Shown here: in pieces, positions 9,332 through 18,642 of the stretch
Numbering within the stretch: position 1 is the first letter of the stretch
How the letters are laid out: every line of letters begins with the position of its first letter
NCBI GenBank assembly: GCA_964518995.1
Contig: CAZFJU010000002.1
Span: 1-58,696, forward strand
Reading direction: 5' to 3'
Origin: an uncultured Gammaproteobacteria bacterium
GTDB lineage: Bacteria; Pseudomonadota; Gammaproteobacteria; Steroidobacterales; Rariloculaceae
DNA: 58,696 bases
Notes under the pieces: generated by a model
The model's database searches: none
What the model was told of the DNA's origin: nothing
The model's input: the letters and a program-made list of their open reading frames with translations, nothing else
Made by a program: the position numbers and the translations under genes

Positions 9332-10437
9332 AGGGTTTGCTCGCACTCGCCAGCAGCCGGAACCTTCGCGTTGGCTTGATCGCCGTGCCTTGGTTGCTTG
9401 CAGCGGTCTACCTGTATGCCTTCGCGGCGGACCGATACGCCGCAGAATCCCTCGTCGCAGTACGTAGCAACGGCGATACGCCGGCAATCGGAATGGACTC
9501 GCTCGCAATGATGCTCGGGGGCGGCCGCACGTCTTCTCGCGACGACGAGCTCATGCTGGAGGCGCACGTTCTGTCGATGGACATGCTGCGCGCGCTCGAC
9601 GAGCGCCTGGCCCTTCGCGAGGCTTATTCGGCACCCCGCTTCGACTTCATCTTCAGGCTCTCTCGCGACGCGACACGCGAACAGTTCCTCGAGCACTATC
9701 GCCGCCGGACCCACCTAGTGGTAAATGAAACCTCGGGGCTGATCACGATCCGCACTCAGGCCTTCACACCGGCGCTGGCCGAGGCGACCAACCGCGAGAT
9801 CCTCGAGATCAGCGAACGCTTCATCAACGAGGCGGGGCACCGAATCGCACGCGAGCAGATGGCTTTCGCCGAACAGGAGCTCGCGAAGGCCCGCCGGGCC
9901 GTGAACGCGGCCCGGGGTGCGTTGCTCGCGTTCCAGAACGAGCACGGTGTACTCGATCCGGTCGCGCAAGCTGCCGGCAATACCGGGCTCACTCTCGAAC
10001 TGAAGTCGATGTTGGCGCGGCAGGAGGCGGAGCTCAAGACGCTGCTTGCCTATCTCAATGAAGACTCACATCAAGCTCAAGCGCTGCGCGCGCAGATCGC
10101 CGGCACGCGAGCGCAAATCGAGTCGGAGAGCCGACGCGCGATGTCGAGTGCCGACGGCACGAGCCTCAACGCTCTCGCCGGCGAGTATCAGCAGCTCTCC
10201 GGGACACTGGAGTTCGCGCTCGACACGTACCGTCTGGCTCTGAGCGGCGTCGAGACGGCGCGCGTCGAGTCGACGCGGAAGCTCAAGAGCCTTGTGTTGG
10301 CGCAATCGCCGACGTTGCCCCAGACGGCGACGTACCCTCGCCGCGGTTACACGCTGATCGCGCTGCTAACCGGGCTCATGCTGCTTTATGGCATTGCGCG
10401 ACTGGTCGTCGCGACCATCGAGGACCATCGGGAGTGA
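9328..10437 (+). CDS. kpsE: capsule export inner-membrane/periplasmic adaptor (KpsE-like, PCP-3)
   Basis: N-terminal TM VGLIAVPWLLAAVYLYAFAADRY, long coiled-coil-like periplasmic region, C-terminal TM YTLIALLTGLMLLYGIARLVV. GTGA overlap with kpsT. Position between kpsT and an OPX gene. Confidence 0.75.
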   Translation: MKGLLALASSRNLRVGLIAVPWLLAAVYLYAFAADRYAAESLVAVRSNGDTPAIGMDSLAMMLGGGRTSSRDDELMLEAHVLSMDMLRALDERLALREAYSAPRFDFIFRLSRDATREQFLEHYRRRTHLVVNETSGLITIRTQAFTPALAEATNREILEISERFINEAGHRIAREQMAFAEQELAKARRAVNAARGALLAFQNEHGVLDPVAQAAGNTGLTLELKSMLARQEAELKTLLAYLNEDSHQAQALRAQIAGTRAQIESESRRAMSSADGTSLNALAGEYQQLSGTLEFALDTYRLALSGVETARVESTRKLKSLVLAQSPTLPQTATYPRRGYTLIALLTGLMLLYGIARLVVATIEDHRE

Positions 10438-12224
10438 GACGGCATATCTTTCATGAGCCTGTGCGCTCACTGCGGGCCGGATCCAGCGCAAGGACGACTC
10501 TCCGCCTGAGAACCCGTCGACAGTTTTGGGCGTTGTGGCTCGCCGTCGGGCTGTTGGCGGCACTCAGCAGCGCACACGGCCAACCGCTTCCTGGCGACCT
10601 CACGCCGTTGCGCTCCATGGAGGGCCGGTCCGCATCTGCAGTCCCGGGAACCGTAACCCGGTCGAATGCTCCGACGGCGCCGGAGCCAAGCTCTGGCGCA
10701 GATGCGGCTACTCTCCTCGACGGTCGACACTCGCTCCCGCCGGCGGAGCTGCCAATGTTTGGTGAGCAGCTTTTCCACGGCGGGGCGCAAACTTACAGCG
10801 TCGGCTTCAACCCGGACTACTCGCTCTCGATTGGCGACCGCATCACCGTGCGCTTGTGGGGAGCGTTCGACTACGAAGCCGAGCAAACCGTCGACCCACA
10901 GGGGAACATCTTCATTCCGAACGTCGGCCCTGTGCGCGTGAACGGCGTAAGGAACGCGGATCTCAACGCCATCGTTCGCGCGGAAGTGCAACGCGTGTAT
11001 CGTGACAACGTCGATGTGTACGTCTCGCTCGAAGCCTCCCAACCGGTACGCATCTTCGTCACCGGCTTCGTCCGCGCGCCGGGTCAGTATGCTGGGGCGG
11101 CAGGCGAGTCGATTCTCGGATATCTCACGCGTGCCGGAGGGATCGATCCTCTGCGCGGCAGCTATATCGACATCGAGCTGCGCCGCAGCGGTGATACGCG
11201 GGCAACGTTCGACCTATACGACTTCTTGCTCCTCGGCCGGCTCGACCCTGTGCAACTCCAGGACGGCGACACCATCGTCGTCGGCGGTCGTCACAATACC
11301 GTGCGCGTGACGGGAGAGGTGTTCAACGCCTTCGGCTTCGAGTTCCGCGGCGATCGCATGTCCGCGGCCGACATCCTGTCTCTCGCGCGGCCGCGGCCTT
11401 CCGCGACGCACGTCAGCATCACGCACAAGACCGGCCTCAGACAATACGGCGAGTATCATGAGCTCGATCAGCTCGCCAGCGTGACGCTCGCCGCCGGCGC
11501 GGAGCTTGCCGTCGTTGCCGACCGAGCCGTTGAAACCATCCTGGTGCGCGTCGACGGTGCGGTAGAGAGCTCTCGCGTGCTCACGCTGCCCTATGGCTCG
11601 CGGCTCCGAGATGCGATTGAGCTACTGACATTGACGCCCGAGGCGCAGCCCGAGGCTCTACAGCTCTATCGCGCCTCGGTCGCCGAACGCCAACGGGAGA
11701 TGCTCGACGTGTCGCTGCGCGTGCTCGAAACCTATGCCTTGACTGCGCGCTCCGCCACGAGCGAGGAAGCCGCGCTCCGCGGACGAGAAGCAGAGCAGAT
11801 CAGCCGTTTCGTCGAGCGCGCCCGCACCGTCGAGCCGCGGGGCCAAGTGGTGCTCGCGGGACACGAGAGCGCGACCGAAACGTTGCTTCAGAACGGCGAT
11901 GTCCTCGTGATCCCCGAGCGGAGCACGATCGTGATGGTCCACGGCGAGGTGACGCAACCGAGCGCCATCGCGTTCGAGCCCAAAGCTAGAGTGCGCGACT
12001 ACGTAGCGATGGCCGGCGGAACCACACAGCGCCCGCGAAATACCCGAATGCTCCTGATTCGCCGAGACGGCTCGTTCGTGGAGGATCGCCGCGCGGTCCC
12101 GGAACCCGGGGACGAGATCCTCGTGCTGCCTCGGGTCGCATCGAAAAACGTCGAGATCACACGCGGCATCACGCAGATTCTCTATCAGCTCGCGATCGCA
12201 GCGCGCGTGGTGATCGACCTATAG
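10434..12224 (+). CDS. kpsD: polysaccharide export outer-membrane/periplasmic protein (KpsD/Wza-type OPX)
   Basis: Poly_export block GDRITVRLWGAFDYEAEQTVDPQGNIFIPNVGPVRVNG plus SLBB-like repeats (DGDTIVVGG, NGDVLVIPE, PGDEILVLP). Signal-like FWALWLAVGLLAALSSAHG. GTGA overlap with kpsE. Confidence 0.8.
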   Translation: MRRHIFHEPVRSLRAGSSARTTLRLRTRRQFWALWLAVGLLAALSSAHGQPLPGDLTPLRSMEGRSASAVPGTVTRSNAPTAPEPSSGADAATLLDGRHSLPPAELPMFGEQLFHGGAQTYSVGFNPDYSLSIGDRITVRLWGAFDYEAEQTVDPQGNIFIPNVGPVRVNGVRNADLNAIVRAEVQRVYRDNVDVYVSLEASQPVRIFVTGFVRAPGQYAGAAGESILGYLTRAGGIDPLRGSYIDIELRRSGDTRATFDLYDFLLLGRLDPVQLQDGDTIVVGGRHNTVRVTGEVFNAFGFEFRGDRMSAADILSLARPRPSATHVSITHKTGLRQYGEYHELDQLASVTLAAGAELAVVADRAVETILVRVDGAVESSRVLTLPYGSRLRDAIELLTLTPEAQPEALQLYRASVAERQREMLDVSLRVLETYALTARSATSEEAALRGREAEQISRFVERARTVEPRGQVVLAGHESATETLLQNGDVLVIPERSTIVMVHGEVTQPSAIAFEPKARVRDYVAMAGGTTQRPRNTRMLLIRRDGSFVEDRRAVPEPGDEILVLPRVASKNVEITRGITQILYQLAIAARVVIDL

Positions 12225-12246
12225 CGGCGGCGGGCAGAGCGCACTG

Positions 12247-14805
12247 ATGGAGGCCTTTTCCGATCCTTACTGGAATGCAGCAGCGCAGGCGTCGTTTGAC
12301 GCTCTGCACGAGTCCCGGTACGTCCTCGTGCCGGAAGACTTCCTGCCGCTCCATCCCCGCTTCCTCCCGTTAGAGTACGCATGGGGGCTGCACACCGAGC
12401 GGCTAGCGTGGTGCTGCGTGAAGGACGATGTTGACCGACTCGCCCCGTCGTTGCTGGCGTCGAACGGCAACGACGTCCAGTTCTATCGCTGGGCAAACGA
12501 GGTGTTCGTCTTAGGTGCAAATTTTCCGTGGGCGGAGCAGGCAGACAGCGAAAGCCGCCGCCACTTGTGTGCATGGTTCGAACGTCTCGAGCGCTATCGC
12601 AGCGGAATCCCCGCGCGGGCATCGGCAGTAAGGCTGCCCGCCAGTTCCGGCGTCGATTTGCCGCCTTCGCCCGATGTCGCCGGCACTGCGGCGGCCGCTC
12701 AGCCCCGCGTTCTGATCGTTGGCGCGTCCAACATGGGGAACGTCGGAGACGATCTGCTTGCAGACGTTCTTGCTTCCCTCTGCAGCGCGATGGGCGCTGC
12801 AGCGCATTTTTCCGGGCCCGACATCGACCCGCTTCACCTCGTGCACTACGACGCCGTGATCGTCGGCGGCGGCGGCTTGATCTATGCCAGCCGCGACGGC
12901 GCCGACGAAGCTCAGAATCTTGCGAACTATCTGAAATTCGGCGCGCTCTGTTCCCAACTCGATATCCCGGTGGCGCTGATCGGCGTTGGCGATCAGGAAC
13001 AGCGTACCCCTGTGGCCGTATCGGGCTTATTCGACAGCGACTCCATCATCGCGCGGTTCGCTCGAGAGAGTCTGCAACACTTCAAATCGATCACGACAAG
13101 GGACGCGGATTCTACCGACTTACTGATCCGCCTCGGCGCCGCCGACTGCCAGACAGGCGCCGACCTCCTGTTTTTGTGGAGGGATCGCGCCGAGCAATGC
13201 ATACGGCCCACCGCCACCCTGCGGGGCCGCATCGCGCTCAGCGGCGAGTTGTACTCCCATCCGAGCGTTGCGCACGTCTTGGACAAGCAGGCCGGAGGGT
13301 TCGCACGCGCCGCCGCCGATCGGGATTTCGACCTCCTGGTGATGTCCAACGATGACATTGCTCATGTCATGCGAACGCAAAGTGCGCTCCGGAGAGTCGG
13401 TGCTTCGGCGTCGATCGTCGATCTCCGCGACCATGATTTCGACTCGCTGATCTACTTGTTCTCGTCCTACGACTGCGTAGTCACGACCCGTTTCCACGGT
13501 CTCGTGCTCGCCATTCTGAGCAACGTACCGGCAATCGCTCTCGATCATGAAAGCGGCAAGTGCAGCCGCCTATTGCATGAGATCGATGCGCTAGAGTCCC
13601 TGCTCCTCGTCGGCCAATCCGCCGCGGCGATCGATGCGCGGCTCGAACAAGCGCTAGCGGGTCATCAACGGCCCATTGATCGCGACGCAGCGCAGCGACT
13701 CTCGAGCAAGGCGGAGGTCCACCGAAAAAGCCTCGGAGCTTTGCTCCACGCCGATATGCCACAGCGAGTGGAATCGAACACCGCGCCTCCGAAACGCCCT
13801 TGTCGGAACCTGCGCAAGCGCTCACTCGGCGCCCTCAGCGTCTCGTTAGCCGAAAGCGGGCCGATCCCGCTGAGCTGGGCCGCCTCATCGGGGCATACCG
13901 CTGGGCACGCGAATCTTGGAGATTCGCTTAGTGCAGTGGTCGTAGCAGCCCTCTCCGGCCGCGCCGTGAAGCATGTCCACTTTGACGCCGATACGACGAA
14001 GATGGTGGCGATCGGCAGTATCGGCCACGCCATCCGGCACGGCACAGCCGTCGTATGGGGCGCAGGCGTTTCGATCCGTGCCGGTATTCTGCCGCGCAAC
14101 ATACGGTGCACGAGCTATGACATCCACGCGGTTCGAGGCCCGATCAGCGCGCAGCACTATCGAGATTTCGGCTTGAAAGTGCCGGACGTCTACGGTGACC
14201 CCGCATGGATTCTTCCATCGATCGTTGACGAGCCCGTAGAGCAGGAATATGAGCTGGGCATCATCCCGCACATCCACGATGTTGCAAGTCCGCACCCGAA
14301 GTCGCCCCCGAAGCCGGACTCATTACGTTGGTTCGTCGGCGCGCGCGATGCAAGCTCTATCGCAGTCATCAATACTTGGCATCACCCGACTTGGAGCGGC
14401 TTGCTGGCCAAGCTGCGGCTGATACGCTCGTGCAAACGAATCGTATCGCAGAGCTTTCACGGCCTCGTGATCGCCGAAGCCTACGGGATCCCAGCCCTCA
14501 ACCTTCGCGCCCTGCCTGGTGAAGACGCCGGCCCCGTCCGAGTCAATCTCGCTAGCGAGTGTCGAACGGATCCTCGCGTATGGGAGCTCTACAAAGGCGG
14601 TGGTCGAGAGTCCTTTTGGACCTACAACCAGCGCCGCACCGCTCATACCGATTGGGAGGATGTGATTCGAGCGATAGATCGCCTTTGGCAGCCTTTCGAG
14701 TACGACGCGGCGCCATTGATAGAAGCCTTCCCGCTGCCGCTCGCATACAACCCTCTCTATGAGCGCGTCTCGCCTCTTGCGCCGATCAAAGAACTTCGGT
14801 TTTGA
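12247..14805 (+). CDS. fusion protein with two polysaccharide pyruvyl-transferase-like domains (WcaK/CsaB-like middle domain, ExoV/GumL-like C-terminal domain) and an unknown N-terminal region of about 150 aa
   Basis: Middle domain: VLIVGASNMGNVGDDLLADVL .. VIVGGGGLIY .. VVTTRFHGLVLAILSNVPAIAL. C-terminal domain: GHANLGDSLSAVVVAAL .. IVSQSFHGLVIAEAYGIPAL, clearly paralogous to the next gene. Confidence 0.75.
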   Translation: MEAFSDPYWNAAAQASFDALHESRYVLVPEDFLPLHPRFLPLEYAWGLHTERLAWCCVKDDVDRLAPSLLASNGNDVQFYRWANEVFVLGANFPWAEQADSESRRHLCAWFERLERYRSGIPARASAVRLPASSGVDLPPSPDVAGTAAAAQPRVLIVGASNMGNVGDDLLADVLASLCSAMGAAAHFSGPDIDPLHLVHYDAVIVGGGGLIYASRDGADEAQNLANYLKFGALCSQLDIPVALIGVGDQEQRTPVAVSGLFDSDSIIARFARESLQHFKSITTRDADSTDLLIRLGAADCQTGADLLFLWRDRAEQCIRPTATLRGRIALSGELYSHPSVAHVLDKQAGGFARAAADRDFDLLVMSNDDIAHVMRTQSALRRVGASASIVDLRDHDFDSLIYLFSSYDCVVTTRFHGLVLAILSNVPAIALDHESGKCSRLLHEIDALESLLLVGQSAAAIDARLEQALAGHQRPIDRDAAQRLSSKAEVHRKSLGALLHADMPQRVESNTAPPKRPCRNLRKRSLGALSVSLAESGPIPLSWAASSGHTAGHANLGDSLSAVVVAALSGRAVKHVHFDADTTKMVAIGSIGHAIRHGTAVVWGAGVSIRAGILPRNIRCTSYDIHAVRGPISAQHYRDFGLKVPDVYGDPAWILPSIVDEPVEQEYELGIIPHIHDVASPHPKSPPKPDSLRWFVGARDASSIAVINTWHHPTWSGLLAKLRLIRSCKRIVSQSFHGLVIAEAYGIPALNLRALPGEDAGPVRVNLASECRTDPRVWELYKGGGRESFWTYNQRRTAHTDWEDVIRAIDRLWQPFEYDAAPLIEAFPLPLAYNPLYERVSPLAPIKELRF

Positions 14806-14861
14806 ATTGTAATGCGAACCCAAGCCGTCCTTGGCCGGACTCAACGTGCAGGACCCGTGAG

Positions 14862-15836
14862 ATGAGTGATTCGATCAGTTTCCTCGACGACGATACCGTA
14901 CCCCTCTGCTGGGCCGCGTCATCTCAGCATACCGACGGCTACGCAAATATGGGCGACTCGCTGAGCGCTGCAATCGTCGCTGGACTGGCCGATCGCGCCG
15001 TATGTCATACCCATTTCGATGCGCCGACTTCCAAGCTGGTCGCCGTCGGCAGCATCGGGCACGCCATCACACACGGGCTCGCCGTAATGTGGGGATCCGG
15101 CGTATCCGCTCGCGGACCGCACTTGGCGCTGAATGTGCCACGAACCCGCTACGACGTACGAGCGGTGCGTGGTCCGATCAGCGCGAAGCATCTTAGAGAC
15201 CACGGCGTCTCAGCCCCGAGCATCTATGGAGATCCGGTCTGGTTCTTACCTTCGATGCTGCCCGATCCGGTCGAGCGAAAGTATGAGCTCGGGGTCATAC
15301 CGCACATCCAAGACATCGCCGGCCACCATCCTGCCGCGCCGCCGCGCCCGGAATCGCTCCGATGTATCGTCGACGAGCCGGACACGCACATTGCGGTCTT
15401 CAACACGTGGCACGAGCCCACCTGGGGAGGTTTGGTCGAGAAGGTGAACCTGCTCCGGTCATGCAAACGCATCCTTTCACAAAGCTTCCACGGAGTAGTC
15501 ATCGCGGAGGCGTATGGAATTCCGTCGATGAACTTCCGCTACGTGCCCGGCCGCAAGAACGGCGTGCTGCGGATCGATCTCCTCCGGGATTGCAGCACCG
15601 ATCCGCGCATCTGGGAGTTCTACAAAGGCGGCCGTTGCAACCATTTCCACATGTACAACCAACGACGCAACGAACGCACGGACTGGGAGGCCGTTATCAG
15701 AGCGATCGACGAAACGTGGGAGCCCTTTGATTACGACGCGGAGCCGCTCCTAAGTGCCTTCCCGCTCCCGCTGGCTTACGATCCTTTGTCGAATGCGATT
15801 CAGCGTCGCGAGAAACTGACGAATCTACAGTTCTAG
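14862..15836 (+). CDS. polysaccharide pyruvyl transferase family protein (ExoV/GumL-like), paralog of the C-terminal domain of the preceding gene
   Basis: GYANMGDSLSAAIVAGL .. VAVGSIGHAITHGLAVMWGSGVS .. ILSQSFHGVVIAEAYGIPSM .. AFPLPLAYDPL aligns colinearly with residues from about 535 to 852 of the upstream protein. ATG 14862 fits the domain boundary. TTG 14802 (TTGA overlap) is the alternative start. Confidence 0.75.
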   Translation: MSDSISFLDDDTVPLCWAASSQHTDGYANMGDSLSAAIVAGLADRAVCHTHFDAPTSKLVAVGSIGHAITHGLAVMWGSGVSARGPHLALNVPRTRYDVRAVRGPISAKHLRDHGVSAPSIYGDPVWFLPSMLPDPVERKYELGVIPHIQDIAGHHPAAPPRPESLRCIVDEPDTHIAVFNTWHEPTWGGLVEKVNLLRSCKRILSQSFHGVVIAEAYGIPSMNFRYVPGRKNGVLRIDLLRDCSTDPRIWEFYKGGRCNHFHMYNQRRNERTDWEAVIRAIDETWEPFDYDAEPLLSAFPLPLAYDPLSNAIQRREKLTNLQF

Positions 15837-15939
15837 GCCGCTGTTACAGCCGACGAACTGACGGTCGGCTTTCGATCCGCCCCATAGAGCTTCGCGCTTG
15901 CCCGACACCGCGCGATCGCACTTACACGCCAGGACGGTC

Positions 15940-17325
15940 ATGAACCCAAAAAACATCCTCATCGATGGCTTCAACCTGGGCTTAGAACACGGTACAGGCG
16001 TCGCCACGTACGCGAGAAACCTCAGCTACTGCGCGAGGGACTTGGGCTATCGAGTCAATGTCCTCTACAACCGGTCGATGCCGAGCAAGAACCGCTTACT
16101 CAAAGAAGTCGCGTTCTTCGATCCGGCGGAACCACCTTCACCGAACTGGCTCGTGCAACTCCGCCGTGGCGCAGACATCGCTCGCCTCGGGATGGGGGTT
16201 ACAGCCAAGCCGGTGCCGGTGACCGGAAACGTCATCTACACAACCTATCAATCGCGCATGCCCTACTTCGACACCATTTGGAACTACGCCGATGTGTTCG
16301 GGCGCGCAGACAGACATTTCTATCTGAGTCGGTTCCTGTCTCCAATGCGACTTCGGGTCAAGCTGAACGGAGTCAAGCCCGACATCGCTCATTGGACCTA
16401 TCCGCTGCCCATGTTCGTGCCCGGCACGAAGAATATCTATACGCTGCACGATCTCGTCCCTCTACGGCTGCCCTATACAACCTTGGACCGTAAGCGCCAC
16501 TACTTCCGGCTCATGCAAACCCTAGCCCGCAAGGCGGACCACATCATCACCGTCTCGGAAACATCGAGGCGGGACATCATCAATCTGCTCGGCGTGAAAG
16601 AGCACCAAGTCACCAACACCTACCAGTCGGTAGAAATACCGGAAAAATACGCTTCCAAGTCGAACGACCTGGTTCAGCGGGAGGTCGAGGGAACGTTCAA
16701 CCTGAAGTACAAAGGATATCTGCTCTTCTTCGGCGCTATAGAGCCGAAGAAGAACGTGGGGCGGTTGATCGAAGGTTACCTGGCATCCGGAGTCGAGATT
16801 CCACTGGTGATCGTTGGCAAGCGGGCCTGGAAGTCCGAGCAGGAGCTCAGGCTGTTGAACGACGAATCAACATCGTATCTGGAACAGCTCGGCTCCCTCA
16901 CCTACCGCCGCAGACGCGTATTTCATGTCGACTACGCTCCTTTCCCGTTACTAGTCAGTCTCATTCGGGGCGCCCGAGCCGTGGTCTTTCCATCCCTTTA
17001 CGAAGGCTTCGGCTTGCCTGTGCTCGAGGCGATGAAGCTCGGCACGCCCGTCCTGACGTCATCAACGGGTGCGCTGGCAGAGGTCGCCGGTGACGCCGCT
17101 CTCCTCGTCAATCCTTACGATACGCGCGAAATCGCAGAGGGAATTGCTGCCCTCGCGCAAAATGACGAGCTACGCGGCGACCTGGCCGCAAAGGGCGTGG
17201 CGCGTGCTTCGTTGTTCTCCAAGCAGGCGTATACCCGCCGACTCGAAGAAGTGTATGACCGAGTCCTCGCGAAGAAGAATAGTCGCGTGGCGGCGGAGAC
17301 GCCCGGGCTGCTCAGCGGCGTTTAG
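15940..17325 (+). CDS. glycosyltransferase family 4
   Basis: MNPKNILIDGFNLGLEHGTGVATYARNL N-terminus and EX7E region YEGFGLPVLEAMKLGTPVLTSSTGALAEVAGDAALLVNP. AGGACGG lies upstream of ATG 15940. Confidence 0.85.
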   Translation: MNPKNILIDGFNLGLEHGTGVATYARNLSYCARDLGYRVNVLYNRSMPSKNRLLKEVAFFDPAEPPSPNWLVQLRRGADIARLGMGVTAKPVPVTGNVIYTTYQSRMPYFDTIWNYADVFGRADRHFYLSRFLSPMRLRVKLNGVKPDIAHWTYPLPMFVPGTKNIYTLHDLVPLRLPYTTLDRKRHYFRLMQTLARKADHIITVSETSRRDIINLLGVKEHQVTNTYQSVEIPEKYASKSNDLVQREVEGTFNLKYKGYLLFFGAIEPKKNVGRLIEGYLASGVEIPLVIVGKRAWKSEQELRLLNDESTSYLEQLGSLTYRRRRVFHVDYAPFPLLVSLIRGARAVVFPSLYEGFGLPVLEAMKLGTPVLTSSTGALAEVAGDAALLVNPYDTREIAEGIAALAQNDELRGDLAAKGVARASLFSKQAYTRRLEEVYDRVLAKKNSRVAAETPGLLSGV

Positions 17326-17391
17326 CGATGCTGCGGCTCTACCGTAAAGTCTTACCGGTCAGTGGTCGACTGGCACGCCTGGCAAGCGTCA

Positions 17392-18534
17392 ATGCGAACT
17401 AGCGCCTCCGCGTCGCCACCTCGAATCCTGGTGTTCAACTTCTTCGGCGGGGTGCTGGACCGCGGCATTCCGCATTACGCGCAAGATGTCGTGGAATGTA
17501 TGCGGCGCCTCGGTTTCCAGCCGGTTGAACTGCGTTGCCCGCGCTCGTTGGTCGCCGCTCCGCGCTACATCAGGAACCTGCTCTTCGTGCTGGCGGAGCA
17601 GATCATCGCTCCGCTCATGCGTATCGCCAGCCGATGTTCGTTTACCGTCTACTGTTACAACTCAGCGGGTGTGGTCGATGCTCTGCTCGGCCGCTCGGTC
17701 GTGATCGTTCATGATCTCATTCCGAACCGACGAAGAAATGCCACGCTGGCCGCACGTTATGTTCGCATCACCCAGGCAGCCCACACAGCGCTCCGCCGCC
17801 CGGTCTGCGCCGCGTCGGCACATACCTTCCAGCGGCTGCAGCGACTCCGCTCTTTTCGTTGTTGCCCGCTCGAGCTATGGCCGAACGCATTCTACTCGTT
17901 TGAACGTGCTTTGACGGCGCCAGCGACGTGTTCGCCGGGAAGGACCGGCCGCGCTCGAATTCTGCTGTGCAGCGGCATCGGCTCGAACAAGGATTATGCT
18001 GGCGCGATCAGAATGGTGCGCCGCAGTCCGGTGCTTCGTGACGCCGAGATCCGTATCGTTGGGTTCGGAGACGACGCTCATCTTGCAATGCGTCGCGTGT
18101 CGGCTTGGCCGACTGACCAACGCGAACGCATAGTCGTGCTCCCTCGCCTGACGTTACGTGAGCTGATCGCGGAGTACCAATCGAGTGACGTAGTCTGGGT
18201 ACACTCCAAAGCTGAAGGGTTCGGACGCTGGATCGTCGAAGCGAAGCTTTGCGGTCGCCCTGTAGTCGCAAGTCGAATCGGCGCGTTTTTGAAATTCGTT
18301 CCCTTGGGCGTCCACTGCTACCGCGGCGACGATTTCGACTCCACGGTCCGCGCTGCATTGGCTGCCGCCGGGCGCGACACTCCGCTCTCTCTCGCCGATT
18401 GCCACGCTCCCCTCGAAGCCGCGATGCGTCGCCTGGTGTCACTCATGACCGGCGCGTCGCCTGCAGGGCAGGGCTGGAGCCCATACGAGCAATCTGTGAC
18501 TCAAGGCATACCTAGGCGCGGCGAGTTGCCGTAG
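17392..18534 (+). CDS. glycosyltransferase, GT-B fold (divergent GT4-like)
   Basis: RILVFNFFGGVLDRGIPHY, VVIVHDLIPN, and C-terminal VVWVHSKAEGFGRWIVEAKLCGRPVVASRIGAF (EX7E-like). Start is ATG 17392 or GTG 17362. Confidence 0.6.
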   Translation: MRTSASASPPRILVFNFFGGVLDRGIPHYAQDVVECMRRLGFQPVELRCPRSLVAAPRYIRNLLFVLAEQIIAPLMRIASRCSFTVYCYNSAGVVDALLGRSVVIVHDLIPNRRRNATLAARYVRITQAAHTALRRPVCAASAHTFQRLQRLRSFRCCPLELWPNAFYSFERALTAPATCSPGRTGRARILLCSGIGSNKDYAGAIRMVRRSPVLRDAEIRIVGFGDDAHLAMRRVSAWPTDQRERIVVLPRLTLRELIAEYQSSDVVWVHSKAEGFGRWIVEAKLCGRPVVASRIGAFLKFVPLGVHCYRGDDFDSTVRAALAAAGRDTPLSLADCHAPLEAAMRRLVSLMTGASPAGQGWSPYEQSVTQGIPRRGELP

Positions 18535-18642
18535 ATTACGTAACGCTGTATAGCCTCGCTATCCATCCGTTACTTCCTTCGTGCTTGCCATGAGTTTGTA
18601 AGCCGGAGTTGGCAGTCGGTGCATCGAGCTTAAGGGGAGCAC

